A stretch of 64,000 nt of DNA from contig JBDRNS010000020.1 in NCBI GenBank assembly GCA_043810865.1, forward strand, positions 17,828-81,827, read 5' to 3'. This stretch comes from an archaeon. GTDB taxonomy: Archaea > Nanobdellota > Nanobdellia > Pacearchaeales > GW2011-AR1. Within the stretch, counting starts at the first letter, position 1; each line of letters starts with the position of its first letter. The position numbers and the translations under genes are program-made. The notes under the pieces are model-generated. The model was not told the origin of the DNA and searched no databases. It worked only from the letters and a program-made list of their open reading frames with translations. Below, one piece after another: positions 63,708 to 64,000 of the stretch.

Positions 63708-64000
63708 ATATTTTTAATTATTTTTAAGGATTTGTAGGGTTTCAAGCCATTATTAATTAAGTTAAATATTTCTTTAAATATATTATGAACCCAAAAATCA
63801 GTTTTTAAATATTATTGTAAAATTGTTAATCTTACTATTGAGGTGAATAGTTATAATTTGTTAATATCTAAAATTTATTGTTAAAATCCAAATTCCATAA
63901 ACCTTAAAAACAATAAAAAATGATAATTTTATATGAGAAATATTCTAGTAAACCTCTGTCATGGAAATGAACCTTATATTTTGGGGACTGGAATAGCACA

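Noticed and set aside
63933-64000. Partial plus-strand ORF at the right edge (MRNILVNLCHGNEPYILGTGIA...)
   Set aside because: Only 22 codons are visible, so I cannot support a call. It may be the start of another glycan-locus gene.
1-64000. Search for CRISPR arrays, rRNA genes, transposases, integrases and toxin-antitoxin or defence-system signatures
   Set aside because: I found no regularly spaced direct repeats, no rRNA-like GC-rich blocks, and no DDE, tyrosine/serine recombinase, nuclease-helicase defence or TA motifs. The only nuclease is the operon-embedded DEDDh enzyme and the only helicase is XPD-like.

Overview
AT-rich, tightly packed archaeal window, probably from a reduced DPANN-like lineage. 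This call rests on the gene content: archaeal and eukaryote-type ribosomal proteins (L40e, S4e, L32e, L19e), aIF5A, SUI1, Spt5, prefoldin, AglB, FtsZ and Sec61-gamma. The taxonomy is inference only. The window has three parts. (1) 1-17.5 kb holds housekeeping genes: spt5 fragment, secE, ftsZ, FKBP, aIF5A, L40e, an S2P protease, the L1-L10-L12 operon, tRNA-Thr, an XPD-like helicase, tRNA-Ser, AMP phosphorylase and an AI-2E permease. It also holds a few unassignable genes. (2) 17.5-32.5 kb is the large L3-to-SecY ribosomal protein operon, followed by a DUF106 insertase and prefoldin alpha. Three non-ribosomal ORFs are inserted and translationally coupled between L4/L23 and L23/L2, one of them a DEDDh 3'-5' exonuclease. 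(3) 34-64 kb is a roughly 30 kb glycan island that begins with aglH-like and aglB. It carries three GDP-mannose 4,6-dehydratase paralogs, one fused to a C-methyltransferase. It also has a GT10 fucosyltransferase, a sulfotransferase, a FemAB-like/deacetylase pair, a nucleotidyltransferase-kinase fusion, a Wzx flippase, a decayed gene region and a split glycosyltransferase. I found no CRISPR array, transposase, integrase or rRNA. Most antisense ORFs in the track are shadows of lysine-rich genes. All functional calls come from motifs read by eye, not from database searches.
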